From Thermoplasmatales archaeon SW_10_69_26 (GTDB taxonomy: Archaea; Thermoplasmatota; SW-10-69-26): a stretch of 64,000 nt of DNA. Positions 36,679 through 51,124 of the stretch are shown here, in pieces. Made by a program: the position numbers and the translations under genes. The notes under the pieces are model-generated. The model saw only the letters and a program-made list of their open reading frames with translations. It was not told the origin of the DNA and did not search any database. The stretch covers positions 32,001 through 96,000 of the forward strand of contig PXUB01000038.1 of assembly GCA_003009755.1 (NCBI GenBank), in the 5' to 3' direction. Position 1 is the stretch's first letter, and each line of letters starts with the position of its first letter.

Positions 36679-38376
36679 ATGTCAGGCACGCGGGCCGAGG
36701 TGGACCTGTTCGCAGCGATCGATCCCGACTGGCCGCCGCTGGACGACGTGCGCGAAGGCTGGCAGGCCCTCGACGAGGATGGCCGAGCCCGCGTCCGGCG
36801 CCGGCTGGCCGCCGTCCTGGCCGAGATCGAGCTTGACGACGAGGCCAACGAGGCCGCCGTCCGAGGCTTCCTCTCCTTCCTGGCCCAGGTCGAACCGATC
36901 GCCATCGACGTCCCGCTGCAAGCCCTGGCGGACGCCGAGGGAGAGGATGCCCGTCTGCACGAGCGCCAGCTCGCCGACGAGGTGTTCCACGCGCTGCTGT
37001 TCGCCCACCTCGCCGAGCGCCACGGCGGCCTCGCCGAACCGATCGGTGCTGCCGAAGACCTGCTGGCCGAGATCCGCGCTCCCGAGGACCTGGCCCACCG
37101 CGCCGTCCTGTTGAACCTCATCGCGGAGGCCTGGTTCGAGACCCTCTTCGAGCACGCCGCCGAGTGGGGCCTTGCAGACTAGGTGTTCGAGATCGCGCTC
37201 GCCGACGAGGAACGCCACGTCGAGGAGGGCCACGTCCACGCCGCCGACGTCGACCCCGAGGAGATCGAGGACCTCGTCCGCGACTTCGAGGAGAAGCTGT
37301 TCGCCCTCGTCCAGCACCCCCGCATCCTGTTGCCGATCCTCGAGCTGGCCGGCGAAGACGCCGCCCGCGACTTGTCGCGCGCCTACCTCGCCACGCACGA
37401 GCAAGCCCTCGCCGAGATCGGGCTCGAACCGCCCGAAGCCGTCGACGAGATGGCTCACACCCTCGCGGAGCTCGAGAACGACACCGACGGCATCGGGACC
37501 CCGACCCGCATCGAGCCCGAGACGAACTGGCGGCAGACGGCCCTCCACCTCTGGGACACACCCCGCAACCCGGTCATGCACGGCTGGTTCGACGTCGAGA
37601 CCGAGCCGATCCCGGACGAGCTTTTAACCCCGATCGCCGTCGCCGCCGTCGGCCGCGTCTGGCACGAGTACCCCCGCGTCAACCGGTACACGCTCGGCGA
37701 CGAGATCTACGAGCCCGACGGCGTCAACGTCGGCGTGCGCGTAACTCTCGGCGACGACCACGAGGCCCTGTCCACGATCGTCGTCCCCGACGCCCACGAG
37801 CGCTCGGTGACCGACATCCAACGCATCCTGGAAGCCGGCGTCCACGAGATGAACCGGCTGGGCCGACAGCTCGAGCCGATCGACCCGACCGAGGAGACCG
37901 AGCCGCTGCGCGCCGTGCTGCGCGACGAGGAGCTGATGAGCATGGTGCCGCCCGAAACCGTGGCCGCGCCCGTCACCGTCGCCAACTCCGGTCCCTCGGG
38001 CATGGTCGCAGGCTTCGGCGCCATGCCCGGCGCGCTCGGACAAAGCGTCGAGTTCGTGCTCGGTCGCATCGAGCAACGCCCCAGCTGGAACGGCGACCGC
38101 TACGTGCCCGCCGACCACGTGACCGTCGGCTGCTCGGCCGACCATCGCGTCATCGACGGCCACCACGCCGGGCAAACGATGGACCGGCTACAGACGGCCC
38201 TCTCCGAGGACGCCGTCGACGAGATCCTCACCCGAGACGACACGATCCCCGCCGACGCCGACCTGGGGGACGTCGCGCTCAGCCCGGTTGGGATGGGTAC
38301 CCAGCAGGTCGAACTCATGATGTCCTGCAAGCTGCCCTTCTGGCTGGGATGGATGTGTTGGCTGTTCAAGAAGTAG
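36679..38376 (+). pseudogene. Ferritin-like diiron domain fused to an E2-type acyltransferase catalytic domain, with an in-frame TAG at 37180-37182
   Basis: QVE...DEVFH...IAE...(TAG)...DEERH, then SADHRVIDG; the two ORFs are contiguous and in frame. Confidence 0.75.
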
Positions 38377-38523
38377 GGCCGGGCCTCGCGCCCCAGAGAC
38401 TGAAGGCGGCTCGCAGAGGAATATGAAAACGAGGGAGGGGGCGCCCATCGGGCCGGAGCTCGTCCTCGCCCGTCGGGCTCGGGTCCCCGCGTGCCGAGGA
38501 TCGTCGCTGCTGACAAGATCCCA

Positions 38524-40227
38524 CTAACGGTGCCCGAACACGGCGTCGACCTCGTCCTCGCCGACGCGTTCGATGCGGCCGAACCCGTAGCGTTCGAACT
38601 GGACGAGATCGTCGGCGTCGTGGTCGAGGGCGGCAGGTTCGACGACACCGGTCTCCGTGGAAGCGTCGGGGCGAAGCACGGAGGCCTCGGGGCTATCGGG
38701 AACGGCCCACTGCACGATCGGGCCCTCGCGGTCCTCGGTCGGCATGCGGGATTCGAAGCGAGCTAGCCCGTCGCCGAGCCAGGTCGCATCGAGGCCATCC
38801 TTCAGCCGGAAGCGGGTGCCCTCCTCGAGGTCGGCCACCTCGTCGCTGGGGACGAGCACCTCGCCGGTGATCGTCATCGTGCGCACGCCGCGATCGGTGT
38901 CGTCGGGGTGGACGGCCAGCTCGGCCTCGATCGGGTCCTCGAGGCCCTCGATCGTGACCGGCGTCGGGTCCGGCACGAAGAACAGGCGGTCGGCCCGCTC
39001 GTCGAGGAGCTTGCGGTTCTCGGCCGCCAGCGTCTCGAAGCTGACGTCGATGTCCTTCTCGGTCAGGCCGAGGTCGACCCAGAAGGTCACGATCGCTTCA
39101 GGTAGGAACCCGCGACGCCGCAGGGCCTTCAGCGTCGGCAGCCGGGGGTCGTCCCAGCCGTCGTACGCGCCGGCGGCGATGTCGGCTTGCATCGTGCTCG
39201 TCGAGAAGGTGCCGAACTCGTGCATGCCGACCCGGCCCCAGTGGAGGACCTGGGGGTACTCCCAGCCGAAGTGCTCGTAGAGGAACCGTTGCTTGCGTTC
39301 GCTGTCGGCCAGGTCCTTGCCGCGGATGATGTGGGTGGTGCCCTCGCGGTAGTCGTCGACCGCGGACTGGAAGTCCAACAGCGGCCAGACGTGGTACTCC
39401 GAGCCCACGCGGCAGTGCGGGTTCTCGTCGACGTCCACGATGCGGAAGGCGACCCAGTCCCGTAGCGCGGGGTCGTCGTGTTGCATGTCGGTCTTGATCC
39501 GGAGCACGCAATCGCCGGGCTCGTAGCCGCCCTGCATCATGCGCCGCCAGCGGCTCTTCTGCTCTTCGACGGGTTCCTCGCGGTGAGGGCAGGCCTCGGC
39601 AGCCTTCTTGTGTTCGCGGAACTGCTCGGGCGAGCACTCGCACGTGTAGGCGGCCCCGATGTCGATCGCGGTCTCCGCGCAGTCGTAGTAGGCATCCATG
39701 CGGTCGCTGGCGCGCAGCACGCGGTCGACGTCGGCGCCGAGCCAGGCGAACTCCTCCTCGAACCAGTCGTAGGCTGGACGGGATGGGGGCTTGTTCACCG
39801 GGTCGGTGTCGTCGAAGCGCAGGATCAGCGTGCCGTCGTAGAGGTCCGCGTACCGCCCGTTGATGCACATGCCCCGCGAGTGGCCCAGGGAGGGCGCACC
39901 GTTCGGGTTCGGCGCGAAGCGCATCACGACGTCGCCGCCCTCGGCGTTCGGCAGCTCGGGCAGGCCCTCGCGCTGGCTGTCCTTGGCCTCCATCTCGATC
40001 GAGCCGAGCTCGTCCAGCTCCGCACGCTGGTCGGTCTCGTCCAGCTCGTTGATCTGGCCCACGATGCGGCCCGCCACGCGGGCCACCTCGTCGGGCTGGT
40101 CCTTGTAGTCCTCGTCGTAGGACATGATGCGGCCGATCACCGCACCCTGGTTGGCCTCACCCCTGTGGTCGAGGGCGTTCTGGAGGGCGAAGCGCCGAGC
40201 CAGCTCCTCGAGTTCGTCCGCGGACAC
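38524..40227 (-). CDS. gltX: Glutamate--tRNA ligase (archaeal type)
   Basis: MRFAPNPNG..SLGH, LRFDDTDP, THIIRGKD, QFERYGF. Confidence 0.96.
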   Translation of the reverse strand: MSADELEELARRFALQNALDHRGEANQGAVIGRIMSYDEDYKDQPDEVARVAGRIVGQINELDETDQRAELDELGSIEMEAKDSQREGLPELPNAEGGDVVMRFAPNPNGAPSLGHSRGMCINGRYADLYDGTLILRFDDTDPVNKPPSRPAYDWFEEEFAWLGADVDRVLRASDRMDAYYDCAETAIDIGAAYTCECSPEQFREHKKAAEACPHREEPVEEQKSRWRRMMQGGYEPGDCVLRIKTDMQHDDPALRDWVAFRIVDVDENPHCRVGSEYHVWPLLDFQSAVDDYREGTTHIIRGKDLADSERKQRFLYEHFGWEYPQVLHWGRVGMHEFGTFSTSTMQADIAAGAYDGWDDPRLPTLKALRRRGFLPEAIVTFWVDLGLTEKDIDVSFETLAAENRKLLDERADRLFFVPDPTPVTIEGLEDPIEAELAVHPDDTDRGVRTMTITGEVLVPSDEVADLEEGTRFRLKDGLDATWLGDGLARFESRMPTEDREGPIVQWAVPDSPEASVLRPDASTETGVVEPAALDHDADDLVQFERYGFGRIERVGEDEVDAVFGHR

Positions 40228-40415
40228 ACGCCAGCAACCCCCGTCGCGGAGAAAACGCTTCCGGGTGGCTCTGGCAAGCCCTTGCGTGGGAAACCGTTCC
40301 CTGTGGCCTCGCTTCTCACGCAACGCCTAAGAGGGACGCGCTGTTAGGGATGGATCCCGGTCGCCCCGGAGCGGGATGCCCTGCTCCCGGCCTCGGGCCA
40401 CCCCGGCCCGGACGG

Positions 40416-40635
40416 GAGGATACAAAATAGGGCGTCCCCTACCTGGGATCGCGATCACGGTCGACCTGCCCCGCCCCCTCGCCCCGGGCCCGACCCTGGG
40501 CGAGGATATATATGGGATGGGTCCTTACCTGTGATCCCGACCTGGGAGCGCGACGCCGGCCCCTGCCGGTTCAGTCCGGTGCCTCGGTTCGGCGATTCGA
40601 CCCCCCTACCCTGCCCGAAAGGTATATTAGGGGGG
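40416..40635 (+). promoter_or_regulatory. Three tandem TATA-like boxes upstream of the rRNA operon
   Basis: GGATACAAAATAGGG (about 40418), GGATATATATGGG (about 40504), GGTATATTAGGG (about 40621) in a GC-rich background. Confidence 0.6.
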
Positions 40636-40967
40636 CGCGATGTACTCGCGTTCCCGCCGTGACCGCTCGGATGGAGCGGATCGCGGGGGACGATCCGCGC
40701 CACACAGATGGGTGGAGGGAGCATACCGCTCACGATGAACACCCGGATCCAGGGCGCGGAACATCACACGATGTGGGGATCCGAGAAACCCGGCCTCTCG
40801 CGAGGTCGTGATCTCTCGTGTCCGACGTACGAACCGAGTCACGCGAGACAGGTTGGTGAAATCTCCCTGTCCCGCTGATTCCCAATCTTCCCAACGATTG
40901 GGCCCATACATCCGGTCCTTGTGGCCGGGCTCATTCGGCTGTGCCTTACCCCATGGCCGGTGAGCGA

Positions 40968-42436
<1,469 letters not shown>

Positions 42437-42542
42437 ACGTACTTCCCAGCGGGACGGGGAGACACCAAAACCTGGCTCGCGTATGGTTCGGTTCGATGGC
42501 AACGCTCTTGTACCTGTGGTTATGCTGCAGGGCCTCGCCGTG

Positions 42543-42615
42543 GGGCTCGTAGATCAGTTGGCAGATCGCCACCCTTGCAAGGTGGAGGCCGTGGGTTCGA
42601 ATCCCACCGAGTCCA
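42543..42615 (+). tRNA. tRNA-Ala (TGC) in the ITS
   Basis: GGGCTCG/CGAGTCC acceptor stem with G3:U70, CCACC-CT-TGC-AA-GGTGG anticodon arm. Confidence 0.96.
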
Positions 42616-42883
42616 CCTACTCGGTGGGTGCGGAGTGGTTGCCGGTTCGTTGGACGTTATCCTGCATTCGATTTCACGCTCACACGGCGTCGATGCGATG
42701 CATCGACCCCGCTGCCGTTGGCAGCGTTTCAACGAGATCAGTGAGGCGGCTGTGGACGTCACTGTCCTAAGCCGTATGGACGAGGGCATAAGTCGGTGGA
42801 TCGACCATCGCGGCCCGATGACGCCGATGCATACGCGAGTCTAGCAGTAAGTCGGAGCTGTAGCAATCCGACGGCTGCTACAA

Positions 42884-45700
<2,817 letters not shown>

Positions 45701-45800
45701 GCCGTCGTAACGCTTCAGCTCCGACCTTCAAATAGACTCGCGTATGCACGATCTCCGTTTCCTGGCTGAGCAAGTCGGGTTGATTTTCCACGGGGTGACA

Positions 45801-45920
45801 CGACGGCCATAGCGGGGGGTTGACACCCGGTCCCATTCCGAACCCGGAAGTTAAGTCCTCCTGCGTTCCGCGCGGTACTGAGGTGCTAGCGCCCTCGGGA
45901 GTTGTGGTTCGCTGTCGGTC
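45801..45920 (+). rRNA. rrf: 5S rRNA
   Basis: GACGGCCATAGCG...CCCATTCCGAACCCGGAAGTTAAG. Confidence 0.93.
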
Positions 45921-46013
45921 GCCCTTTCCTTTCACGTTCTCATGGGTGGGTGGTTGGGTTCGGGTCGCTTGTCTCGAGCGAACGCTTTTGACGGGGAGCG
46001 GTTTTGCAGGTCT

Positions 46014-46220
46014 GTGGCCGAGGAAACCGTCTACTGGGTGTTCGGCAAGGAGCAGGGCGGCGAGGAGCAACTGCGCCTCGTCGGCAGTGTCAACGCCCTG
46101 AACCCAGCGCTCGCCGAGAACTACGCCCGTTCACTGTATGGCGAGGATGCGAATTGGGCGGAGATGGCGGTCGTTCCGCGCGGGTCTGTCCACCGATTCG
46201 ACGACGTCCGAGGTGCCTAA
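46014..46220 (+). CDS. PaaB-like small protein
   Basis: YWVF...LVGSVNA...A...AR..Y......AVVP pattern; directly upstream of a PaaC-like gene. Confidence 0.6.
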   Translation: MAEETVYWVFGKEQGGEEQLRLVGSVNALNPALAENYARSLYGEDANWAEMAVVPRGSVHRFDDVRGA

Positions 46221-46221
46221 C

Positions 46222-47007
46222 GTGACGGATCGCCAACCCTCGCGAGACCTCACGCTGTCGGTCGCTGATTCGACGCTGGCGGCTGGCCTCCGGTACGGAA
46301 CGTGGGTCGAGCGCGCCCCGAGCACGGAGGAACAGGTGGCGGTCTCCAGCATGAGCCAGGACAAGCTCGGCCAGGCCCGTGGCTTCTACCAGATGGCTGA
46401 GGAGCTTCACGACCTCGACAAGGTCGAGCTCCAGTACGACCGCGAGCCCGACGAGTTCCGTTGGACGCCAGCCTGGTCGACCCCCTGGAACTCATGGGGC
46501 CATCTCGTCCTCGGACAGGTCCTGTACGGTCGAGCTCTTCTCGACCAGCTCACCGCGATTGCCGACGGCGTCAAGCTCCGGGAACCGCTCTCGAAGATCG
46601 AGCAAGAGGACAGCTGGCATGCTCGCCACGGATCGGCGTGGCTGAGCCAGGCCGCCCAGGACACGGGCGCTCGAGAACACTTCCAGGCGGCCCTCGACGA
46701 CCTTTGGCCCCACGCCGTCACGGTGTTCGGAGCCGAGGACGACGAACGGTTCCCCGAGGACCTGGATGCCGGCGTGCTCGAGGCCACGGACGACGAGCTT
46801 CGGGAAGCCTGGCTGGCCGAGATCGTTCCCCAGCTGCGGGATGCGGGCCTCGAGGTGCCGGCCGAGACGACCACTGATGGCTGGCGCACGGACCCCGAGC
46901 CCTCGGCCAGGCAGTGCGAGCTGACCGAGGACGCCGCCCGGGAGACGGCCATGGAGCTGGCGGCGATGCTCCAGGATCCCGAACACCGCGAGCTCGCCGA
47001 GATCTGA
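46222..47007 (+). CDS. PaaC-like ferritin-fold subunit of phenylacetyl-CoA epoxidase
   Basis: APSTEEQVAVSSMSQDKLGQAR, KIEQEDSWH, FQAALDDLWP. Confidence 0.72.
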   Translation: MTDRQPSRDLTLSVADSTLAAGLRYGTWVERAPSTEEQVAVSSMSQDKLGQARGFYQMAEELHDLDKVELQYDREPDEFRWTPAWSTPWNSWGHLVLGQVLYGRALLDQLTAIADGVKLREPLSKIEQEDSWHARHGSAWLSQAAQDTGAREHFQAALDDLWPHAVTVFGAEDDERFPEDLDAGVLEATDDELREAWLAEIVPQLRDAGLEVPAETTTDGWRTDPEPSARQCELTEDAARETAMELAAMLQDPEHRELAEI

Positions 47008-47097
47008 ACTGGCCCCAGTGGCACCCCCGCGGGATGATCCCCGGCGGCGAGTGCCACGCGTGGTCTTGGGAGCCTCGGGCGAGGCCTGCTACTCGCT

Positions 47098-47619
47098 ATG
47101 CTGGTCGCGGGCACGGCGCTGACCGCCGTGGCCGGCATCCCAGGCCAAAGCCCGGAGGTGGACACGGTCGAGCAGACGATCGTCGGCGACCTCCGGCTTG
47201 CGGACCACGACGAAGGCCCCAGCGACGGCGTGGAGAGGACGTTCGCCGCGGAGACCCCCGCTCCGGGCGACCGCTCTGGCTCCCAGCTGGCGAGCTCGCG
47301 CGAAGCCCATCCGGACCTCGGCGCGGCCATCCGCCCTAACGTCACGATCAACCTATCGGTCGACCGAGGACAGGCGTTGGCCGGTGCCCTCATCGTCGAC
47401 GAGCTTCGCTACGGGGATCGAGACCCGCTCGGGAAGAACATCGAACGGTGTGGTCCCCTTCACACCAGCCGAGCTGGCGGCGAGCTGCCCGATGATCTCC
47501 CCTGCGTGGCCTCGCCCGATGGAGGCCGGTGCCGGTGGATCTTCGTCTCGTCGACGAACCCGTGGACGAGCTTACCCCGCTCGTCGCAGGGTTGGGCAAG
47601 TCAGTTGCCGGCCTGTTGA
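47098..47619 (+). CDS. Hypothetical protein (doubtful or remnant)
   Basis: ORF with a hydrophobic N-terminus, no recognisable motif. Confidence 0.3.
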   Translation: MLVAGTALTAVAGIPGQSPEVDTVEQTIVGDLRLADHDEGPSDGVERTFAAETPAPGDRSGSQLASSREAHPDLGAAIRPNVTINLSVDRGQALAGALIVDELRYGDRDPLGKNIERCGPLHTSRAGGELPDDLPCVASPDGGRCRWIFVSSTNPWTSLPRSSQGWASQLPAC

Positions 47620-48788
47620 TCGACGGGCCGCACGATGATGCCCTGGTCCCCGACACGGAACAACTGGACGGAGACGGATCCTTCGAGGCCTTCCTCGAGC
47701 GCGTTCCGTACGTCCCAATAGCGGTCGGGGTCGATCCCGGCGCGCAGGGTCACGTGCCCGGCGTCCAAGCGCTTGAGCTTCTCGCGCAAGCCCATGAGGT
47801 TCCACGTGTGGGTGTCCAGCACCTGGAAGTCGTTCGTGAACGCGGTGGCGGCGGGGCGGTCGCTCGTCAACAGGTAGCGGCGAGGGTGTTCCTCCGAGAG
47901 GAGCCCGTCGGCGTTGGCTCGGTGGGCGAGTTGGGGCAAAAGTTGGGCCCGGACGATCGTCCGGTCGACCCGGTGCAAGATCTCGTCGGGCTCCTCGACG
48001 GATACGAGCTCGCTGGTGGGCTCGCGATCATCGATGCGTTCCCCTGCCGGGAGCGTGAGCGCGCTTCGGTCGGCCTCGCGGGCCTGCCCGCCGTAGATGG
48101 CCAGGCGGTTGAGGTCGCCGTTCAGCGAGGTGTAGGCTAGCTCGGCCTCGAAGGCTTCGCGGACCCGGTCGGGATCGATCATCGGCGGGAGCTCGTAGCA
48201 CCAGGCCTGCGCATCCTCGGCGTAGCGGGCGTGGATCTTGCCCAGGTCCGGGGACAGGTCGTCCAGGGTCCGGCGCTCGGCTTCCGGGTCCCGCGCCGGG
48301 TCGCAGACGACGACGTCCGGATCGGGCACGCGGTCGCGGGCCCCCGGGTCGAGGGCATCGGCCACGACGACCTCGGCCTCTGCCTCCGCCCCGAGGGCCT
48401 GCAGGTTGCGTTCGGCGAGCTCGGCGGTCTCCTCGTCGCGTTCGATGCCGACCGCCTGCTCGAAGGTGCGGGCGAGGAACGCCAGCTGGATGCCGACCCC
48501 GCACGCGGGGTCGACGGCGACGTCGCCGAAGCCCTCGAGTCGTTGGGCTCGGGCCCGGGCGACGCGGTCGGGCGTCGCGTACCGGAGGCCCTGGTCGGTG
48601 AACCACAGCTCCCAGGGGTCCTCGAAGCGGTCGCTGGCCTTGTTGCGGAGCCGCGCGATCGCGAACGCGTCGTCCTGGTAGTGCTCAGGGAGCAGATCCT
48701 TGATCTCGGCGTCGGAGACCTTGTGCTTGAGCATGCGAGTGGCGGCGGCTGCGGCGTCCGCCAACGTGTACTCGTCGTCCTCGGCCAC
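47601..48788 (-). CDS. Class I SAM-dependent methyltransferase with a THUMP-like C-terminus
   Basis: VDPACGVG, GIERD, DPAR. Confidence 0.8.
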   Translation of the reverse strand: MAEDDEYTLADAAAAATRMLKHKVSDAEIKDLLPEHYQDDAFAIARLRNKASDRFEDPWELWFTDQGLRYATPDRVARARAQRLEGFGDVAVDPACGVGIQLAFLARTFEQAVGIERDEETAELAERNLQALGAEAEAEVVVADALDPGARDRVPDPDVVVCDPARDPEAERRTLDDLSPDLGKIHARYAEDAQAWCYELPPMIDPDRVREAFEAELAYTSLNGDLNRLAIYGGQAREADRSALTLPAGERIDDREPTSELVSVEEPDEILHRVDRTIVRAQLLPQLAHRANADGLLSEEHPRRYLLTSDRPAATAFTNDFQVLDTHTWNLMGLREKLKRLDAGHVTLRAGIDPDRYWDVRNALEEGLEGSVSVQLFRVGDQGIIVRPVDQQAGN

Positions 48789-49211
48789 GGACGGCCAAGC
48801 CAGCGATGGTTGAAAAGTGGTCCTGGCGGGGTGAGGGTGACCGGGCCGGGGCCCTAGGAGTGGATCGAGCAAGGAACGAGCAGGGTGTGGTGTGGTGTGG
48901 TGTGGGTGGTGAGCCCGCGGCGGCCCCGGCAACGGTGAGCCGGATCAGTCGAACGTGTACGTGCCGCCGGCGTTTATCGGCTCCTCGGCGATCGTGGACA
49001 CGATCGAGGCGACGCGGACGAGCCCGCGGAGGGTCATCGTCTCCGACATCGTGACCAACGCACCCCCTCCCTCTGTCAGGAGGGATACGAACGAGATGTG
49101 GGACCCCTGTTCCTCAGGCGACCGCGAGCGTCTGTTCGTGAAGCTCGGAGGTAAGCAAAGGTTAAGCCACGCGCGCCCCATTCGAGGTTACCGACAGGGA
49201 GGTTCTCGATC

Positions 49212-50978
49212 TTGGCTTCGGATGCATCCGGTTCGACGTTCGCAGGACTCGGGTTGGCGCTGGCGTTGGTCGTCTCCACGCTGGTGGGGATCGCGCCGGC
49301 CACGATGTCCGTCGAGGAGGCCTGCGAGGACGTGCACGAGGAGGCCACGATGACCGCGACCGGTCTCCCCGACGAGACCGTGCTCGGATCCAGCCTCGAG
49401 TCGGGGTCCGTCACGTTCGACATCGGTTCCCCGGATTGCCGGATCGTCCAGCTCGACACCGAGCTGACCGCGCCCGATGGCGAACTCGATGGCAACTCGA
49501 CAGCCGACGCCGAGCTCGTCGTCGACTTCGAGGGCATCACGCTCGCCGAGAGCCGCGAACCCGGCACGAGCGAGTCCCTGTCGCTCGACGCGCCCCCTTG
49601 GGGTAGCTACGAGTTCTCGGTCGAGCCCTGGTCGGCCATCCAGACCCCGGTCACGTTGACGGTCGACGCCGTCCTCACCGGGGACTCCGAGCCCTCGGGG
49701 CCGAACGCGGACCAGGAGACCGTCGTCGTCGGGGTCGTCGATACAGGGATCAACCCCTACCACGACGAGTTCTCGGCCGACACCTACCCCGGATCCCTCG
49801 CCCTCGACGAGCACCCGTCCAACTACATCGAGGAGTACCCGGAACCGACCCCCAGCCTGGACCTCACGCTCGATGCGCCCTACGACGAGGCCCGTGACCA
49901 GGACGACTGGGACCAGGTCGATGCGAACCGACTGTACTGGCTGCCGGGCACCAAGATCGTCGGCGCCTACCACGCGGGCGGGAACATCGCCGGCGGGGAC
50001 ACCGTGACCGACGAGAACGGTCACGGCACGGCCAGCGCAGCCGTCGCCGCCGGGAACACGGTCGGGTCCTGTGAGCGGTGCCTGATCGTGTCCGTCGAGG
50101 GCGAGGCCGGGCTCTCCTGGGCGCTGGCCCAGCCGTGGATCGACATCGTCTCCAACTCGTGGGGCACCATCGGTAACGCCGGGGTCCCGACGGCGGGCAA
50201 CAACGACCTGAACCCGCTCGGTGCCGGCGGCGAGACGGCCCAGAACACGCGAGCCGCCGTCGAGCGGGGCCAAACCGTGCTCGCGGCAGCCGGCAACGGC
50301 ATGGCGAACGCCTTCCTCGTCCCCCAGCCGACGTACACGAACCCGCTGGCCGGACCCGACTGGACCGTCACCGTCGGCGCCACCAGCGTGTTCGACGAGT
50401 GCGGGTGCTCCGGCGACGAGGGCTTCATCACCGCCAGCGGCAAACCGGTCGACGTCTCCAGTTACGCGACCGGGGACATCCCGGCCGCCGACCACGAGTC
50501 CACGAAGGAGAGCGCCCAGCACGGCGGCACGAGCGCGGCCACACCCAACGTCGCCGGCGTGATGGGCGAGACCCTCCTCGAGGCTCGCGAGAAGCTTGGC
50601 GACGATGTCGGCGGCACGCGCGATGCGGCGATCGCCGAGGGGCCAGCGATCACGGGCCCCCACGTTGGCATGCTGGACGATGGCAAGCTGACGCGGGCCG
50701 AGCTCGAGGAGGCCGTCCGCTACACCGCCCAGCACAGCAGCAGCGAATGGATCTCGGCCTACCCCGTCGTGGCGCCGACGTTCCCGGTGCCCGAGGACCT
50801 GGCTTGGGCCCAGTGGGGGGCCGAGGGCTGGGGCGTCGTCGCCGAGCGCACGGGCGCGAACGCGACCGACGTCGTCGTCGGCGATCAGCCGATGCCCGAG
50901 CGATCCTTCGACGAGCAGCAGGCCGCCCTCGACGAGCAGGTGCGCGCCCAGCTGTGGGGCGGCGCCGTCGAACCGTGA
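49212..50978 (+). CDS. Secreted S8 (subtilisin-like) serine peptidase
   Basis: VVDTGINPYH, HGTASA, AAGN, GTSAATP; signal peptide. Confidence 0.88.
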   Translation: MASDASGSTFAGLGLALALVVSTLVGIAPATMSVEEACEDVHEEATMTATGLPDETVLGSSLESGSVTFDIGSPDCRIVQLDTELTAPDGELDGNSTADAELVVDFEGITLAESREPGTSESLSLDAPPWGSYEFSVEPWSAIQTPVTLTVDAVLTGDSEPSGPNADQETVVVGVVDTGINPYHDEFSADTYPGSLALDEHPSNYIEEYPEPTPSLDLTLDAPYDEARDQDDWDQVDANRLYWLPGTKIVGAYHAGGNIAGGDTVTDENGHGTASAAVAAGNTVGSCERCLIVSVEGEAGLSWALAQPWIDIVSNSWGTIGNAGVPTAGNNDLNPLGAGGETAQNTRAAVERGQTVLAAAGNGMANAFLVPQPTYTNPLAGPDWTVTVGATSVFDECGCSGDEGFITASGKPVDVSSYATGDIPAADHESTKESAQHGGTSAATPNVAGVMGETLLEAREKLGDDVGGTRDAAIAEGPAITGPHVGMLDDGKLTRAELEEAVRYTAQHSSSEWISAYPVVAPTFPVPEDLAWAQWGAEGWGVVAERTGANATDVVVGDQPMPERSFDEQQAALDEQVRAQLWGGAVEP

Positions 50979-51124
50979 GGACGCAGACCGGCACCGGGTG
51001 AACCGAGGCCAACCCCGGCCAACCGACCCGGGAGACCCGTTCCGCTCTGAGGGATCCTCTGCGTCTCCGTTCCAGTGTCCGGGGGGCGACTCGGTGCCCT
51101 CCTCCCCCTCCCCCTGGCGTCCTC

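Noticed and set aside
48886-48905. (TGTGG)x4 microsatellite upstream of the methyltransferase
   Set aside because: Short, intergenic and single; no evidence for a phase-variation role
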